In this document: positions 10,208 through 23,603 of the stretch, piece by piece
How positions within the stretch are numbered: position 1 is the first letter of the stretch
Layout of the letters: every line of letters begins with the position of its first letter
Source: Obrimoposthia wandeli
Taxonomy: Eukaryota
Direction of reading: 5' to 3'
Assembly (NCBI GenBank): GCA_977020255.1
Contig: CDROCS010004273.1
Location: 1 to 64,000, forward strand
Length of the DNA: 64,000 nt
The notes under the pieces: model-generated
What the model was told of the DNA's origin: nothing
What the model saw: the letters and a program-made list of their open reading frames with translations, nothing else
Database searches by the model: none
Translations under genes and position numbers: made by a program

Positions 10208-11824
10208 CTAAGCCTCGACAGCCTTTAGCAACGCAAGTTTCAATGACTGCAAAGTGACAGGCTTAGTTAAAACGCCATTCATTCCAATATTATCGCACTC
10301 AATACGCTCCTCGTTACTAACACCCGCTGTTAAAGCGAAAATAGGAATTTTGGAGCCTTGACGTCTCAACTCTCTCGTCGCGGCGAAGCCATCTAAAACA
10401 GGCATATGACAATCCATCAAAATCAAATCGGGTTGAACATCATCAATACAGTCCAATAACTGTTGCCCATCATTCACCACAGAGACATCTATAGATAGCT
10501 TTTTAAGCAGCTTTTCTATGACCTTACGGTTAATTGGGTTATCTTCGGCAACTAGAACTTTCAGCCCTTCTATTTTTGAAACATCTTCATTAGGAAGCTC
10601 AATACTCTCATCTAGAGTACCAATCCGAACAAGTACCCTGACCGTAAATACTGAGCCTTGGCCCAATACACTGTCGACAGATATATCACCAGACATTAAC
10701 TGAACAATTTGACGGCACAAAGACAAACCCAAGCCCGTACCCCCATAGACGCGTGAAGTATGAGTCTCAGCTTGCTGATAAGCATCAAATATATTGTCCA
10801 AACTCATGGGATCAATGCCAATTCCAGAGTCTGAAATCGTTAAGATCAATGGTAAACCTTCATCACCAGCTGCCTGCGAATCAACGTCCAAAGAAAAACT
10901 AATTTCACCGCCACTCGGAGTAAATTTGAGCGCATTACTTAACAAATTCATAATTAATTGCTGTAGACGTATGTTATCAGCAATCAAAAATTCAGGCACA
11001 TCAGAGCCTATCCTCTGATGATATTGAATCGATTTCTTGATCATTGGCGCATGAAACATTGAATTTATTTCTGCCATCAAATCGCTTAATTTAAACGACC
11101 TAGGGTCTAGTTCTAACTTTCCTGCTTCAATCTTTGATAAATCAAGAACATCATTCACTATCCCTAGCAAAGCACGACCAGAATTATGTATGTCTTCTAA
11201 AAAGCTATGCTGCTCTGGCGTTAAATCCATATCCGCTAGGATATCGGCCATACCAATAATGCCGTTTAGAGGCGTGCGGATCTCATGACTCATATGAGCT
11301 AAAAATGCAGATTTTGCCTGTGAAGCTTTAACCGCTTGTTGCTGCTCAAGCTCAGCACGAACAACTCGATGAGCTAAGTGTTCCGCACGCAATATGTCGC
11401 GATAAGATCTTAATGCATTGATTATCGCCAGATTAAGTCGATCCGTTGTCGCCTCAGTTTTAGCAATATAGTCATTAATATCGTATTCATTAATAACCTG
11501 ACGCTCAGGTGCTAACCCAGGTTGGCCAGTACGCAATAAAATACGCGTTGTGTAGTTATTCAACTGATCTCGAATATAGCTAACGACCTCAAAACCACTA
11601 TTCTCAGTTTCCATAACAACATCTAATAAAACAATGGCAATATCATCACGCTGAGAGAGGATCTGAATGGCTTCTTTCGCTGAACTGGCACAAATTAGTT
11701 CTAATGCGTGATCTTCAAAACGAAAACGTGACAATACTAAACGCGTCACCTGAATAACGGTTTCATCATCATCCACAACCAGTACTGGAATACGATCCGG
11801 TAACAGATTGACGACTTCATCCAT
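10208..11824 (-). CDS. Cytoplasmic hybrid histidine kinase (REC-HisKA-HATPase-REC)
   Basis: VLVVDDD...LLDVVME REC; [18 protein letters not shown]; [10 protein letters not shown]; DSGIG; GGTGLGL; C-terminal [15 protein letters not shown]. No TM segment. Confidence 0.92.
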   Translation of the reverse strand: MDEVVNLLPDRIPVLVVDDDETVIQVTRLVLSRFRFEDHALELICASSAKEAIQILSQRDDIAIVLLDVVMETENSGFEVVSYIRDQLNNYTTRILLRTGQPGLAPERQVINEYDINDYIAKTEATTDRLNLAIINALRSYRDILRAEHLAHRVVRAELEQQQAVKASQAKSAFLAHMSHEIRTPLNGIIGMADILADMDLTPEQHSFLEDIHNSGRALLGIVNDVLDLSKIEAGKLELDPRSFKLSDLMAEINSMFHAPMIKKSIQYHQRIGSDVPEFLIADNIRLQQLIMNLLSNALKFTPSGGEISFSLDVDSQAAGDEGLPLILTISDSGIGIDPMSLDNIFDAYQQAETHTSRVYGGTGLGLSLCRQIVQLMSGDISVDSVLGQGSVFTVRVLVRIGTLDESIELPNEDVSKIEGLKVLVAEDNPINRKVIEKLLKKLSIDVSVVNDGQQLLDCIDDVQPDLILMDCHMPVLDGFAATRELRRQGSKIPIFALTAGVSNEERIECDNIGMNGVLTKPVTLQSLKLALLKAVEA

Positions 11825-11980
11825 GTTTTAGCTCCATACTTCTGATAATCAACTTCTTATAATAATTAGCATATTTATAGTGTGGATTAAATAAACCGAT
11901 TGTCCAGTGGTTAACTTCATAATACACTAAGTGCACTTACTCAGTTAAAGCAAGAAAATGCTAAACAGAGTAAATATTGT

Positions 11981-12068
11981 CTTGTCGGGGTGCCTCAATT
12001 AAGAGGCTGAGATCACAAATGTGGATCCCGTTGAACCTGATCTGGTTAATACCAGCGTAGGAAACAAG
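11981..12068 (+). promoter_or_regulatory. TPP riboswitch
   Basis: GGGGTGCC...GGCTGAGA...CCCGTTGAACCTGATCTGGTTAATACCAGCGTAGGAA consensus; P1 CTTGT/ACAAG; upstream of thiC. Confidence 0.97.
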
Positions 12069-12176
12069 ATGGAAGAACGCTTAAACTATCTGAATTTAAA
12101 ACTCAGGAACCGATTCCAGCTCGAGATAAAACTCGCCTCAGTAATTCGGTATTTAATGAAACAGCCTCTTCCATAG
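12069..12176 (+). CDS. Putative 35-aa leader peptide (uORF) directly after the TPP aptamer
   Basis: ATG immediately follows the P1 3' strand (TAGGAAACAAG-ATG); translation MEERLNYLNLKLRNRFQLEIKLASVIRYLMKQPLP*. No homology evidence. Confidence 0.35.
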   Translation: MEERLNYLNLKLRNRFQLEIKLASVIRYLMKQPLP

Positions 12177-12318
12177 CCGTCATTCGCTCTATCCCTGTTA
12201 TCTCTAGCTCTATATTTTGAGAGGTAGAGAAATAGATAGACAGAGCACTTTTGATGACGCGCCCTACCTTCAGAATTCAAGTTAGACAGATCAATTAATT
12301 ATTCTCAATATGAGATAG

Positions 12319-15381
<3,063 letters not shown>

Positions 15382-15385
<4 letters not shown>

Positions 15386-15597
15386 CCAAAATCAGCATAC
15401 GTATTAATGGCGAAGGCCTAATCGTCAATGCCCAAAGCTCACTTAGTCAGGCACTTACATTATCGCCTGCAGTAGGCGATGAGAAGGATTTCGTCATCGC
15501 TTTAAATCAAAACTTCATTGCTCGCAGTCAATATGACAGCACGCTATTAAAAGCCGGTGATGACATTGAATTGTTATCTCCCATGGCAGGAGGCTAA
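15382..15597 (+). CDS. thiS: Sulfur carrier protein ThiS
   Basis: [13 protein letters not shown]...[13 protein letters not shown] with C-terminal diglycine. Confidence 0.95.
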
Positions 15598-15599
15598 CC

Positions 15600-16424
15600 T
15601 TGAAGAATATCAATAACAACGCCATTAACGAGAGTATCAAAGAAGGCTTGAACCTCTACGATCAAACATTTAGTTCACGCTTGCTGGTAGGCACAGCCCT
15701 ATACCAATCCCCAAGCATAATGGCGCAAGCGATTGCTGCGTCAGGCAGTGAGATGATCACATTATCATTACGTCGCCAGGACCCTAGTAATAATCAAGGA
15801 CAAACTATCTGGCAGCACATTCAACAAAGCGGCTGCGCCTTATTGCCCAATACGGCCGGTTGTCATAGTGCGCAGGAAGCTATTACTTTGGCACAAATGA
15901 GCCGAGAAATGTTTGCTACCGACTTTATCAAGCTAGAGGTGATAGGCGATGACTACAACCTTCAACCGGACCCTTTTGAGACAGTTAAGGCAGCTGATAT
16001 TCTGATTAAAAAAGGCTTTAAGGTTTTGCCTTACTGCACGGACGACCTAGTATTATGTCAGCGTTTATTGGAAGTTGGCTGCCAGGTATTAATGCCTTGG
16101 GGCTCACCCATAGGTACCGGCAAAGGTTTGATGAATCCTTATAATTTACAAACGATTAGAGATCGCTTTCCAACCACCAGCCTCATCATAGACGCGGGTA
16201 TTGGTAAGCCTTCCCAAGCGATGGCCGCCATGGAAATGGGATTTGATGGCATCTTGCTCAATACCGCCATCGCCAAAGCGCACGACCCAGTACAAATGGC
16301 ACAAGCCTTTGCTCAAGCAGTCAATGGTGGACGCCAAGCTTATTTAGCCGGCCTGATGGAGAGTCGCCAAACCGCGAGCCCATCAACCCCAACTTTAGGG
16401 ACACCCTTTTGGCAACAACAATAG
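15600..16424 (+). CDS. thiG: Thiazole synthase ThiG
   Basis: [51 protein letters not shown]. Confidence 0.97.
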   Translation: MKNINNNAINESIKEGLNLYDQTFSSRLLVGTALYQSPSIMAQAIAASGSEMITLSLRRQDPSNNQGQTIWQHIQQSGCALLPNTAGCHSAQEAITLAQMSREMFATDFIKLEVIGDDYNLQPDPFETVKAADILIKKGFKVLPYCTDDLVLCQRLLEVGCQVLMPWGSPIGTGKGLMNPYNLQTIRDRFPTTSLIIDAGIGKPSQAMAAMEMGFDGILLNTAIAKAHDPVQMAQAFAQAVNGGRQAYLAGLMESRQTASPSTPTLGTPFWQQQ

Positions 16425-17995
16425 TGGCAACAAACGAAGTTTCAGAAGATATGCCTCAACAAAGCACAGCCCAACAAAGTCGACCTATCGTTTGGAGCAT
16501 CGCTGCATCCGATTCTGGAGGCGGCGCGGGTATCCAAGCCGATCTGAATACGATTCATAGCTTGGAGTGTCACGGCTGTACTGTAATTACGGCCATCACT
16601 GCACAAAACAGCGTCTCAGTATCCAAAATACACCCGATATCCGCTGTCGATTTAGCCGCACAATGGCAAGCCCTAGAAAAAGATTTACTCCCTAAGGCAA
16701 TTAAAATTGGCTTATTACCCGAACCGAGTACTCTACGCTGGTTGGCTAGACACCTTAAAGAGCTGCGTCTCACGAACGATTTTTTCTGTGTTTGGGATCC
16801 GGTATTAAAAGCCAGTACGGGAGCTCGTTTTTTAGATGCTTTCGATCGTGGGGAAATCAACCCCTTACTTCAACAAGTAGACCTCATCACGCCCAACTTA
16901 CAAGAAGCAGAGATGCTGACCAAGATTACGATAGAATCGTATTTGGACATAACCCTAGCCGCCAAACAATTACTCGATCGTGGCGTTAAGAATGTGCTTA
17001 TTAAAGGCGGCCATTCTTTTGAGAATAGCGATGTTTGTCGAGACTACTTTGCCAATGAAGAGGGTTCTTTTTGGCTTTCTCATGTTAAGCAAAATCAGCC
17101 AAACAATCACGGCACTGGGTGCACACTCGCCTCAGCGATCGCAAGTTTCGTTGCCCTTCAAAACTCTCTCAGCGACAGTGTCGTTCTTGCCAATCGTTTT
17201 ATCCAGCAGGGGCTGAGACTCGCCGCACCACAAGGCAAAGGCGCAGGGCCCGTTTGGCAAACTCGCCTAGAAAACAACCCAGCTGACCTGTCCGAATTGA
17301 GTAAATCAGCACAGTCCTTCGTAACTCAAGAATCTCCACTGGCTAAAATAGCCTTCGCACAGGAGCTAAACCTCGGTTTATACGCAATCGTCGATAATCT
17401 GATTGATTTAGAACGCTTAAGCCAGCAAGGGATTAATACCCTGCAATGGCGAGATAAGAGAGAAAATAGAGCGGATGAGATTAATGATTGCAAGACGAAC
17501 TTACAAAAGGCGATCAAGCTATGCAAGCAACAAGACATCCGGCTCTATATTAACGACGATTGGCAATTGGCTTTGGAGTTTGGAGCCTACGGCATTCACT
17601 TAGGGCAAGAAGATCTCGAACAGCTACAACCAGAAGACCTCAAACGCATACAGAATCAAGGAATTCGCCTAGGAATCAGTTGTCACAATGAAACTGAATT
17701 AGCGTATGCCCACAGTTTAAAGCCGAGCTATCTAGCCTTTGGCCCTGTTTTCACACCCAATTCGAAAATTGTCGACCACTCTCCAATAGGGTTTACAAAA
17801 CTTAAAGTATGGCAAAGCAGTTATGGCAAAATCTACCCAACCACCTGCATTGGCGGCATAGAGTTAGATAATATGGGTGAAGTCTTGGCAACGGGAATGA
17901 CATCCATCGCGGTTATCTCAGCACTCAGTAATAAAGAGAATAGCTCAGCTTTCATCAAGGCGTTCTCTGAACAAACCTCCAAACAAGTCTCTTAA
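16409..17995 (+). CDS. thiDE: Bifunctional HMP/HMP-P kinase ThiD - thiamine phosphate synthase ThiE fusion
   Basis: [35 protein letters not shown] (ThiD), followed in frame by [33 protein letters not shown] (ThiE). True start may be GTG 16424 or ATG 16451. Confidence 0.92.
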   Translation: MATTIVATNEVSEDMPQQSTAQQSRPIVWSIAASDSGGGAGIQADLNTIHSLECHGCTVITAITAQNSVSVSKIHPISAVDLAAQWQALEKDLLPKAIKIGLLPEPSTLRWLARHLKELRLTNDFFCVWDPVLKASTGARFLDAFDRGEINPLLQQVDLITPNLQEAEMLTKITIESYLDITLAAKQLLDRGVKNVLIKGGHSFENSDVCRDYFANEEGSFWLSHVKQNQPNNHGTGCTLASAIASFVALQNSLSDSVVLANRFIQQGLRLAAPQGKGAGPVWQTRLENNPADLSELSKSAQSFVTQESPLAKIAFAQELNLGLYAIVDNLIDLERLSQQGINTLQWRDKRENRADEINDCKTNLQKAIKLCKQQDIRLYINDDWQLALEFGAYGIHLGQEDLEQLQPEDLKRIQNQGIRLGISCHNETELAYAHSLKPSYLAFGPVFTPNSKIVDHSPIGFTKLKVWQSSYGKIYPTTCIGGIELDNMGEVLATGMTSIAVISALSNKENSSAFIKAFSEQTSKQVS

Positions 17996-18199
17996 GCAAC
18001 TTTATAAGCCCAAGAGCTGGGTATTCATTTAATATTCGACCTTAAATACTTACCCAAACTAACAATTACATAACCTAACATCTGTTTTTACAGATAAAGG
18101 CGCGAATTAATCTGGCAAGGAATGCTGGGTTATGGAAGTATGTGCGCCATATTCGATCGATTAAACCTCGACTACCTAATTATAAATAGAAGCAACATC

Positions 18200-19012
18200 A
18201 TGTCAGAAGCACGCGTATTACTCGAAATTAAAAATAAAATTGCCTATGTCAGCCTAAACCGTCCAGAAAAACACAACGGTCTAGATATGGGAATGTTCAA
18301 AGAGATGATCGCTACAGCGAAGAGAATCCGTAAAGATCGCACTATTCGCGCGGTCATTATGCATGGCAACGGACCTTCATTTTGTGCAGGATTGGACTTT
18401 GGGGCTCTCAGTAAAGACCCAATAATGATCCCTAAGGTTTTTCTAAAAATGCCTTGGACCAAAATGAATATCGCTCAGGAAATTGCTCATATCTGGCGCG
18501 ACCTTCCTATCCCGGTTATCTCAGCGATTCATGGCAACTGCTTTGGTGGCGGCATGCAGATCATTCTGGCAACGGATTACCGCATCGCCACCCCTGATAG
18601 CAAGATGTCTATTTTAGAAATGAAATGGGGTTTAATCCCAGACATGAGCGGCATGGTGACATTATCACGCTTAACCCGTGTTGATATCGCACAAGAGCTA
18701 ACGATGACAGGTCGGTTCTTCTCAGGGATCGAAGGGGCTGAATACGGCCTTATCAGTAAAGTCAGTGACAACCCAATGGCTGACGCTGAAGCACTCGCCA
18801 ATGACATTGCCAGCAAATCACCTGATGCGATCGCCGCAACGAAGTATCTATTTAAGAAGACTTGGAAAAAGGATACTTGGGGAGCCCTTCTTTGGGAACG
18901 CTGGACTCAAGCGCGTTTATTAGGCCGTAAAAATCAACGCATTGCGATGGCGAATGGTATGGCGAAAGATGGCAAAGTTAAACCCTTTTTAGACCGAACT
19001 TCATTTAAATAA
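18200..19012 (+). CDS. Enoyl-CoA hydratase/isomerase (crotonase) family protein
   Basis: LNRPEKHNGLD, FCAGLDF, AIHGNCFGGGMQI, EMKWGLIPDMSG. ATG 18200 is preferred over the track start at 18122. Confidence 0.93.
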   Translation: MSEARVLLEIKNKIAYVSLNRPEKHNGLDMGMFKEMIATAKRIRKDRTIRAVIMHGNGPSFCAGLDFGALSKDPIMIPKVFLKMPWTKMNIAQEIAHIWRDLPIPVISAIHGNCFGGGMQIILATDYRIATPDSKMSILEMKWGLIPDMSGMVTLSRLTRVDIAQELTMTGRFFSGIEGAEYGLISKVSDNPMADAEALANDIASKSPDAIAATKYLFKKTWKKDTWGALLWERWTQARLLGRKNQRIAMANGMAKDGKVKPFLDRTSFK

Positions 19013-19026
19013 AGTCAATACATAGC

Positions 19027-19061
19027 CAATCCTTAACTTCATAGGGATGATTTAAGGATTG
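19027..19061. terminator. Inverted repeat between convergent crotonase and doxX genes
   Basis: CAATCCTTAA...TTAAGGATTG, 10-bp perfect IR. Confidence 0.5.
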
Positions 19062-19091
19062 AGCCGAGTACGTTGCCTAAGTAGCAACGTA

Positions 19092-19547
19092 CTACTTCAT
19101 AACATATTTAACCAATAACCTGTCAAATGCTAGCTTCCCTGGACCATAAAAGAATAAAACCATCATCATCAAACCCCAAATTAAATGATCCTTTTCACCT
19201 GCGAAACTTAGATCAGCGTACGAGATTGCTGCAACAATATTTAAAATAAATAGAGCCACAACATTTAATCGTGTCAGCAAGCCGACAACTAACAAAACAG
19301 GAATCACTAATTCTGCTGCCGTTGCCATCCATGCAGCCAAAACCGACGAAATGAGCGGCACGCTATATTCATATTCGAATAACATCAAGGTCGTATCCCA
19401 AGATTGAATCTTGGTTAGCCCCGACATAAAGAATACCTTTGCCAGCCAAAAGCGCAGAAACAGTAAAAACACCGACTGAGTCATTTCAATTTTATCTAAT
19501 GAAAATTTGGCTACTGAACTAATACTCTTTATGTTAATCATTATCAC
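19092..19547 (-). CDS. DoxX family membrane protein (BufD-like)
   Basis: LRFWLAKVFFMSGLTKI, AAELVIPVLLVVGLLTR, GPGKLAFD. Confidence 0.92.
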   Translation of the reverse strand: MIMINIKSISSVAKFSLDKIEMTQSVFLLFLRFWLAKVFFMSGLTKIQSWDTTLMLFEYEYSVPLISSVLAAWMATAAELVIPVLLVVGLLTRLNVVALFILNIVAAISYADLSFAGEKDHLIWGLMMMVLFFYGPGKLAFDRLLVKYVMK

Positions 19548-19564
19548 GCTCTTTCAATTGTTAT

Positions 19565-20380
19565 TTAAGCATTCACACTAAAACCAACAACCAAAGCCGA
19601 TTGCAAGCTCATCGCTAGTAACTCTGAGACTGACGATTGGAATTCTAGTTCCGCAATTTGTGCAAAAGATTTTTCACTCTCAATCGCCGTAAAAAATTGA
19701 AACTCATCATGGCTTAATTTTGAGATAACCATGTCGAAATTGGTATTACGCCGAACCATCAAATAACCGCCTCCTACATCTAAGTCAACTGAAGCCATTT
19801 CGTCACTGCTCTCTTGATTCACTCGCCAAATTTCATCAACAGGATAAGCAGACGCCATAATTCCAATACTAGGGTCTAGCTTGAAAACAATATTGCCCTG
19901 CTGCTCCTCCTCAACAAATGCGAGGTTTTCAAGAGACTGAGTCTGAGCCCCCATACCACCCGCATTAAAAGCCCGATGCCATAACCATTCTAAACGAGCG
20001 CTATCCGGTAAATACAAAAGGTGCTGTGTAGAATCATGAGAAGCAATAAAATCGACTAAGTAATCACCTAGATGCTCGCCATAGTCCCCTAAATCAGGAG
20101 AGCCCGAAGGGTACTTACGTAAATACCCCGCAACCATATGAGTAAAGAATTGCTCGCCCACCAGCTTCAAGCAAACGGGATAAACTCCCATAAGTGCAGT
20201 TGTTATTCCGCCTAATATACTGCCGCGATAGATAGTTAAGCGATCTTGAGCAGATAGCGCTTCTGAGCCGTTAATATCCACGCAAGCATTATCGACATTA
20301 CCGGCCGTTGGATTAAATATTCCTCGATAAAAGCTTTCTTGCCATACTTTCATCGCTTCTAAATCAGTATTACTGGTCAT
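19565..20380 (-). CDS. DUF2063 / HvfC-BufC family peptide-modification chaperone
   Basis: RLTIYRGS, ALMGVYPVCLKLVGEQFF, YPSGSPDLGDYG, YLPDSARLEW. Overlaps the DUF692 stop by 4 nt. Confidence 0.9.
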   Translation of the reverse strand: MTSNTDLEAMKVWQESFYRGIFNPTAGNVDNACVDINGSEALSAQDRLTIYRGSILGGITTALMGVYPVCLKLVGEQFFTHMVAGYLRKYPSGSPDLGDYGEHLGDYLVDFIASHDSTQHLLYLPDSARLEWLWHRAFNAGGMGAQTQSLENLAFVEEEQQGNIVFKLDPSIGIMASAYPVDEIWRVNQESSDEMASVDLDVGGGYLMVRRNTNFDMVISKLSHDEFQFFTAIESEKSFAQIAELEFQSSVSELLAMSLQSALVVGFSVNA

Positions 20381-21213
20381 GTATAAGCCCGCATTTTCTC
20401 ATCCGCTTTGGCCGCTTCAGCCCTAAGGATTGAAAAATCAGGTACATCGGTATCCCATTCAATTAGAGTAGGGACTGCACCAAAACGCGTTAAGGCCGCA
20501 CAATACAAAGCCCAAACAGGAGGTTTAACCTGATAGCCATGCGTATCAAATAAATAGCCTGGCATTTCTTCATAGCCTGCTAAATGAATCTCTTTGACTT
20601 TATCGATAGGAATGCCGGATAAATATTCATAAGGGTCAAAGCCATGATTGATCGCACTGACGTAAATGTTATTAATGTCTAACAGCAGGTCGCAATCAGT
20701 AGCTTGGCTAATACCCTTAATGAATTCGGCTTCTTCCATATCCGTAGAATGAAAAGTGAGATAAGAAGACGGATTTTCAATGAGTATCTTGCGCCCTAAA
20801 AACTCTTGAACTTGATGTATCCGTTCAATCAAATGTTGCTGCGTTTGTTGAGTGTAAGGCAAAGGGAGTAAATCATGAGTATATTGGCCCGCGACTGAAA
20901 CCCAAGCAATATGGTCAGAAATGTAGGTCGGCTGCAGGCGCTCTGCTAGATTTTTTAAACGTTTTAGATATTCGAAGTTGAGTGGATCAGCACTGCCCAA
21001 AGACATGCCAACACCGTGTAGCGTTATCGGATAATTTTCACGAATTTGCTCTGCGCGCTGAATAGGCAAGCCACCATCAGCCATATAGTTATCGCTTAAT
21101 AATTCAAACCACGGTACATCTGGCTGAGTTTCAAAAACTTCCTGATAATGACTAGACCGCAACCCCAGCCCCGCCCCTTCAATTGATTGAGCAGTAAATG
21201 CACCCGTAGTCAT
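20377..21213 (-). CDS. DUF692 multinuclear non-heme iron oxidative enzyme (MNIO; BufB/HvfB-type)
   Basis: GLGLRSSH, WFELLSDNY, LHGVGMSLGS, SDHIAW, LIENPSSY, LLDINNIYVSAINH, EIHLAG, DTH, LIEWD. Confidence 0.96.
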   Translation of the reverse strand: MTTGAFTAQSIEGAGLGLRSSHYQEVFETQPDVPWFELLSDNYMADGGLPIQRAEQIRENYPITLHGVGMSLGSADPLNFEYLKRLKNLAERLQPTYISDHIAWVSVAGQYTHDLLPLPYTQQTQQHLIERIHQVQEFLGRKILIENPSSYLTFHSTDMEEAEFIKGISQATDCDLLLDINNIYVSAINHGFDPYEYLSGIPIDKVKEIHLAGYEEMPGYLFDTHGYQVKPPVWALYCAALTRFGAVPTLIEWDTDVPDFSILRAEAAKADEKMRAYT

Positions 21214-21243
21214 AGTGATCCTTAGCGATCATGAATTTCGACT

Positions 21244-21284
21244 ATAAAATAGCACTGTTAAGAGAGAACTCAGTGCTATTTTAT
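21244..21284 (-). terminator. Intercistronic stem-loop between precursor and MNIO genes
   Basis: 14-bp perfect IR ATAAAATAGCACTG/CAGTGCTATTTTAT with a 13-nt loop and only a short U tract on the minus strand. Confidence 0.6.
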
Positions 21285-21303
21285 TTTTCACACAGTACTA
21301 AGT

Positions 21304-21570
21304 CTACTTTGCGCCTTTAACTGTACCGCCAACAATCTTGCTGCATGTCCCTTCAGGAACATAAACCCATTCGTCAGCCATAGAATCTGCAGATGCTTGA
21401 CCAGCACAACCATGTTTACTAGTGCCGCAGTCATTCATACCAGACTTAACAATACCCTGGCACTTCTCAAAACCAGGCTTCCCAGCTAATGCTGCAGGTG
21501 ATACCGCTGATAAACCTAAAGCTAGTGCACCGGCAATAGCGCCACTCATGATCGTTTTAGTATTTTTCAT
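21304..21570 (-). CDS. DUF2282 / BufA1-type bufferin RiPP precursor with signal peptide
   Basis: Sec signal ending AALA; EKC.G...NDC....HGCAGQ...[16 protein letters not shown] with four Cys. The GGAG SD favours ATG 21570 over 21582. Confidence 0.92.
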   Translation of the reverse strand: MKNTKTIMSGAIAGALALGLSAVSPAALAGKPGFEKCQGIVKSGMNDCGTSKHGCAGQASADSMADEWVYVPEGTCSKIVGGTVKGAK

Positions 21571-21819
21571 TTTCGACTCCATGTATTTGTTTTTGTCGTT
21601 CTAAATATAGCAATAAATTACTTCTTCGCAAGAAAAGGCAAAATGCCTCATATACTTCATTCATAAGTTGGGCACAGCACTCATCATATAGTTCAATTAT
21701 TTATATTTTTATTTCAAACAAGACCGCATTGTCGACATTTATCGCCCAACTTATTACATACTTTATGTCACACTAGAACTATCAAAAAATAGAACCATTA
21801 AGAAAATAGAAGCACCTAG

Positions 21820-23586
21820 ATGAATACAGCAGAAGATGAGACCTGGCACCTACAATCTGATCAGCAGTTTACGCTGGGTCAATCCTCACATAAAGGAGCC
21901 AAAAAACAAAACGAAGATGCTATCGGCATCCGTATTCCTGAGGGAGTAACACAGAGCCACAAAGGCTCTGTCGCCATCATCGCTGATGGTGTGAGTGCTG
22001 CTGAAGCGGGCAAAGAAGCAAGCGAGACTTGCGTCCGTAACTTTCTTTCCGATTATTACTCCACACCCGATACTTGGAGTGTAAAACAAAGCACAACTAA
22101 GGTGCTCACGGCACTGAACCGTTGGTTATATAGCCAAGGCCAGCGCTTTAGCGATGCTCAAAAAGGCTACATCAGCACTTTAAGCTGTATCGTTTTAAAA
22201 TCGAATACCGCTCATATATTTCACGTCGGAGATACCCGTATTTACCGTATGCGTAATGGTGACCTTGAACAACTCACTCGTGACCATACAACCGTAATCA
22301 GCTCCACACAAACCTATCTAGCCCGCGCAATGGGTTTGGATGTAAAACTCGACGTCGATTACCGCAGTACCGATATTGAGCAAGGAGATATTTTCTTTTT
22401 GTCGACCGATGGTATTCATGATTTCATATCGAATCAACAATTGCGCAACCACCTTAAACCCCTCACCCATCTAGAAACTGATAACTTCGAAGAAAGCTGT
22501 GAGCAGCTAATTAATCTAGCGGTGCAACAAAAAAGTAATGACAATCTTAGCTGTCAGATTATTAGAATAGACAAATTACCTAGCCAAAATTTAAATGATG
22601 TACACCAGAGGCTGATCGACCTCCCTTTTCCCCCGGATCTTAATATAGGCATGTCGATTGATGGCTTACGTATAGAGAAAGAGCTTCACGCCAGTAATCG
22701 CAGTCAACTGTATAAAGTTACCGACATAGAATCTGGGGAAATATACTGTATGAAAACCCCCTCTGTGAATTACAACGACGACGCAGCCTATATTGAACGT
22801 TTCATTCTAGAGAGTTGGATTGGAAATCGTATTAGAAACCCACACGTATTGAAAGTCACAGGGTTCAATCGTCCTAAAAATTACCTTTATTATCTAACCG
22901 AATACATTGATGGTATTACGCTGGAGCAGTGGATTAAAGAAAATCCAAACCCTCCTATTCAAGATGCCATCGTCATTATTCAGCAAGTTCTGAAAGGTCT
23001 TCGAGCCTTCCATCGCCGCGAAACAATTCACCAAGACCTAAAGCCCGGCAATATTATGCTGGATATAAATGGCGAAGCAAAAATAATTGATTTTGGATCC
23101 TGCCACGTTAAAGCTATTGCTGAGATAGCGACACCTTTAGAGCGTGACGGGATTTTAGGGACCGCGACCTATGCGGCTCCTGAAGCCGTATTACAGGGCC
23201 AAAGCCTGCAACAAAGTGATATTTTTTCAGTAGCCGTTATTCTATTTGAAATGCTAACGAATAAACTGCCATTCTCGGGTAAATTAGAGTCCTGTCGAAC
23301 CAAAAAAGCCTACTTAAAAACAAAATACATTCCTAGCTATGAACTGAATCCGCTAGTTCCCGTCTGGCTAGATGGGGCGATTAAAAAGGCTTTACGATTT
23401 GAGTCGAATGTTCGACATGGGGATGTATCCGAGTTTCTATATGAAATTGAACACCCTAACCCTAAATATAAGAAAACCTACAATGTGGCGCTATTAAATT
23501 CTAACCCCAGCCTTCCATGGCAGTTACTATCGGGGGGGTTATTTATCGCATTGTGTGTGTCGATTTATCACGATATGAATTCATAG
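21820..23586 (+). CDS. Bifunctional PP2C phosphatase / Ser-Thr protein kinase with C-terminal TM
   Basis: NEDA, IADGVS, HVGDTRIYR, STDG, SNDN (PP2C); CMK, HQDLKPGNI, IIDFG, GTATYAAPE, DIFS (kinase); hydrophobic C-terminus. Confidence 0.93.
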   Translation: MNTAEDETWHLQSDQQFTLGQSSHKGAKKQNEDAIGIRIPEGVTQSHKGSVAIIADGVSAAEAGKEASETCVRNFLSDYYSTPDTWSVKQSTTKVLTALNRWLYSQGQRFSDAQKGYISTLSCIVLKSNTAHIFHVGDTRIYRMRNGDLEQLTRDHTTVISSTQTYLARAMGLDVKLDVDYRSTDIEQGDIFFLSTDGIHDFISNQQLRNHLKPLTHLETDNFEESCEQLINLAVQQKSNDNLSCQIIRIDKLPSQNLNDVHQRLIDLPFPPDLNIGMSIDGLRIEKELHASNRSQLYKVTDIESGEIYCMKTPSVNYNDDAAYIERFILESWIGNRIRNPHVLKVTGFNRPKNYLYYLTEYIDGITLEQWIKENPNPPIQDAIVIIQQVLKGLRAFHRRETIHQDLKPGNIMLDINGEAKIIDFGSCHVKAIAEIATPLERDGILGTATYAAPEAVLQGQSLQQSDIFSVAVILFEMLTNKLPFSGKLESCRTKKAYLKTKYIPSYELNPLVPVWLDGAIKKALRFESNVRHGDVSEFLYEIEHPNPKYKKTYNVALLNSNPSLPWQLLSGGLFIALCVSIYHDMNS

Positions 23587-23603
23587 CGTTATTCTTTCAC
23601 GGT

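Noticed and set aside
7679-11932. Identical 12-mer AATACACTAAGT at 7679-7690 and 11921-11932, both in divergent promoter regions
   Set aside because: On the order of 100 chance 12-mer pairs are expected in 64 kb; may simply be -10-like sequence.
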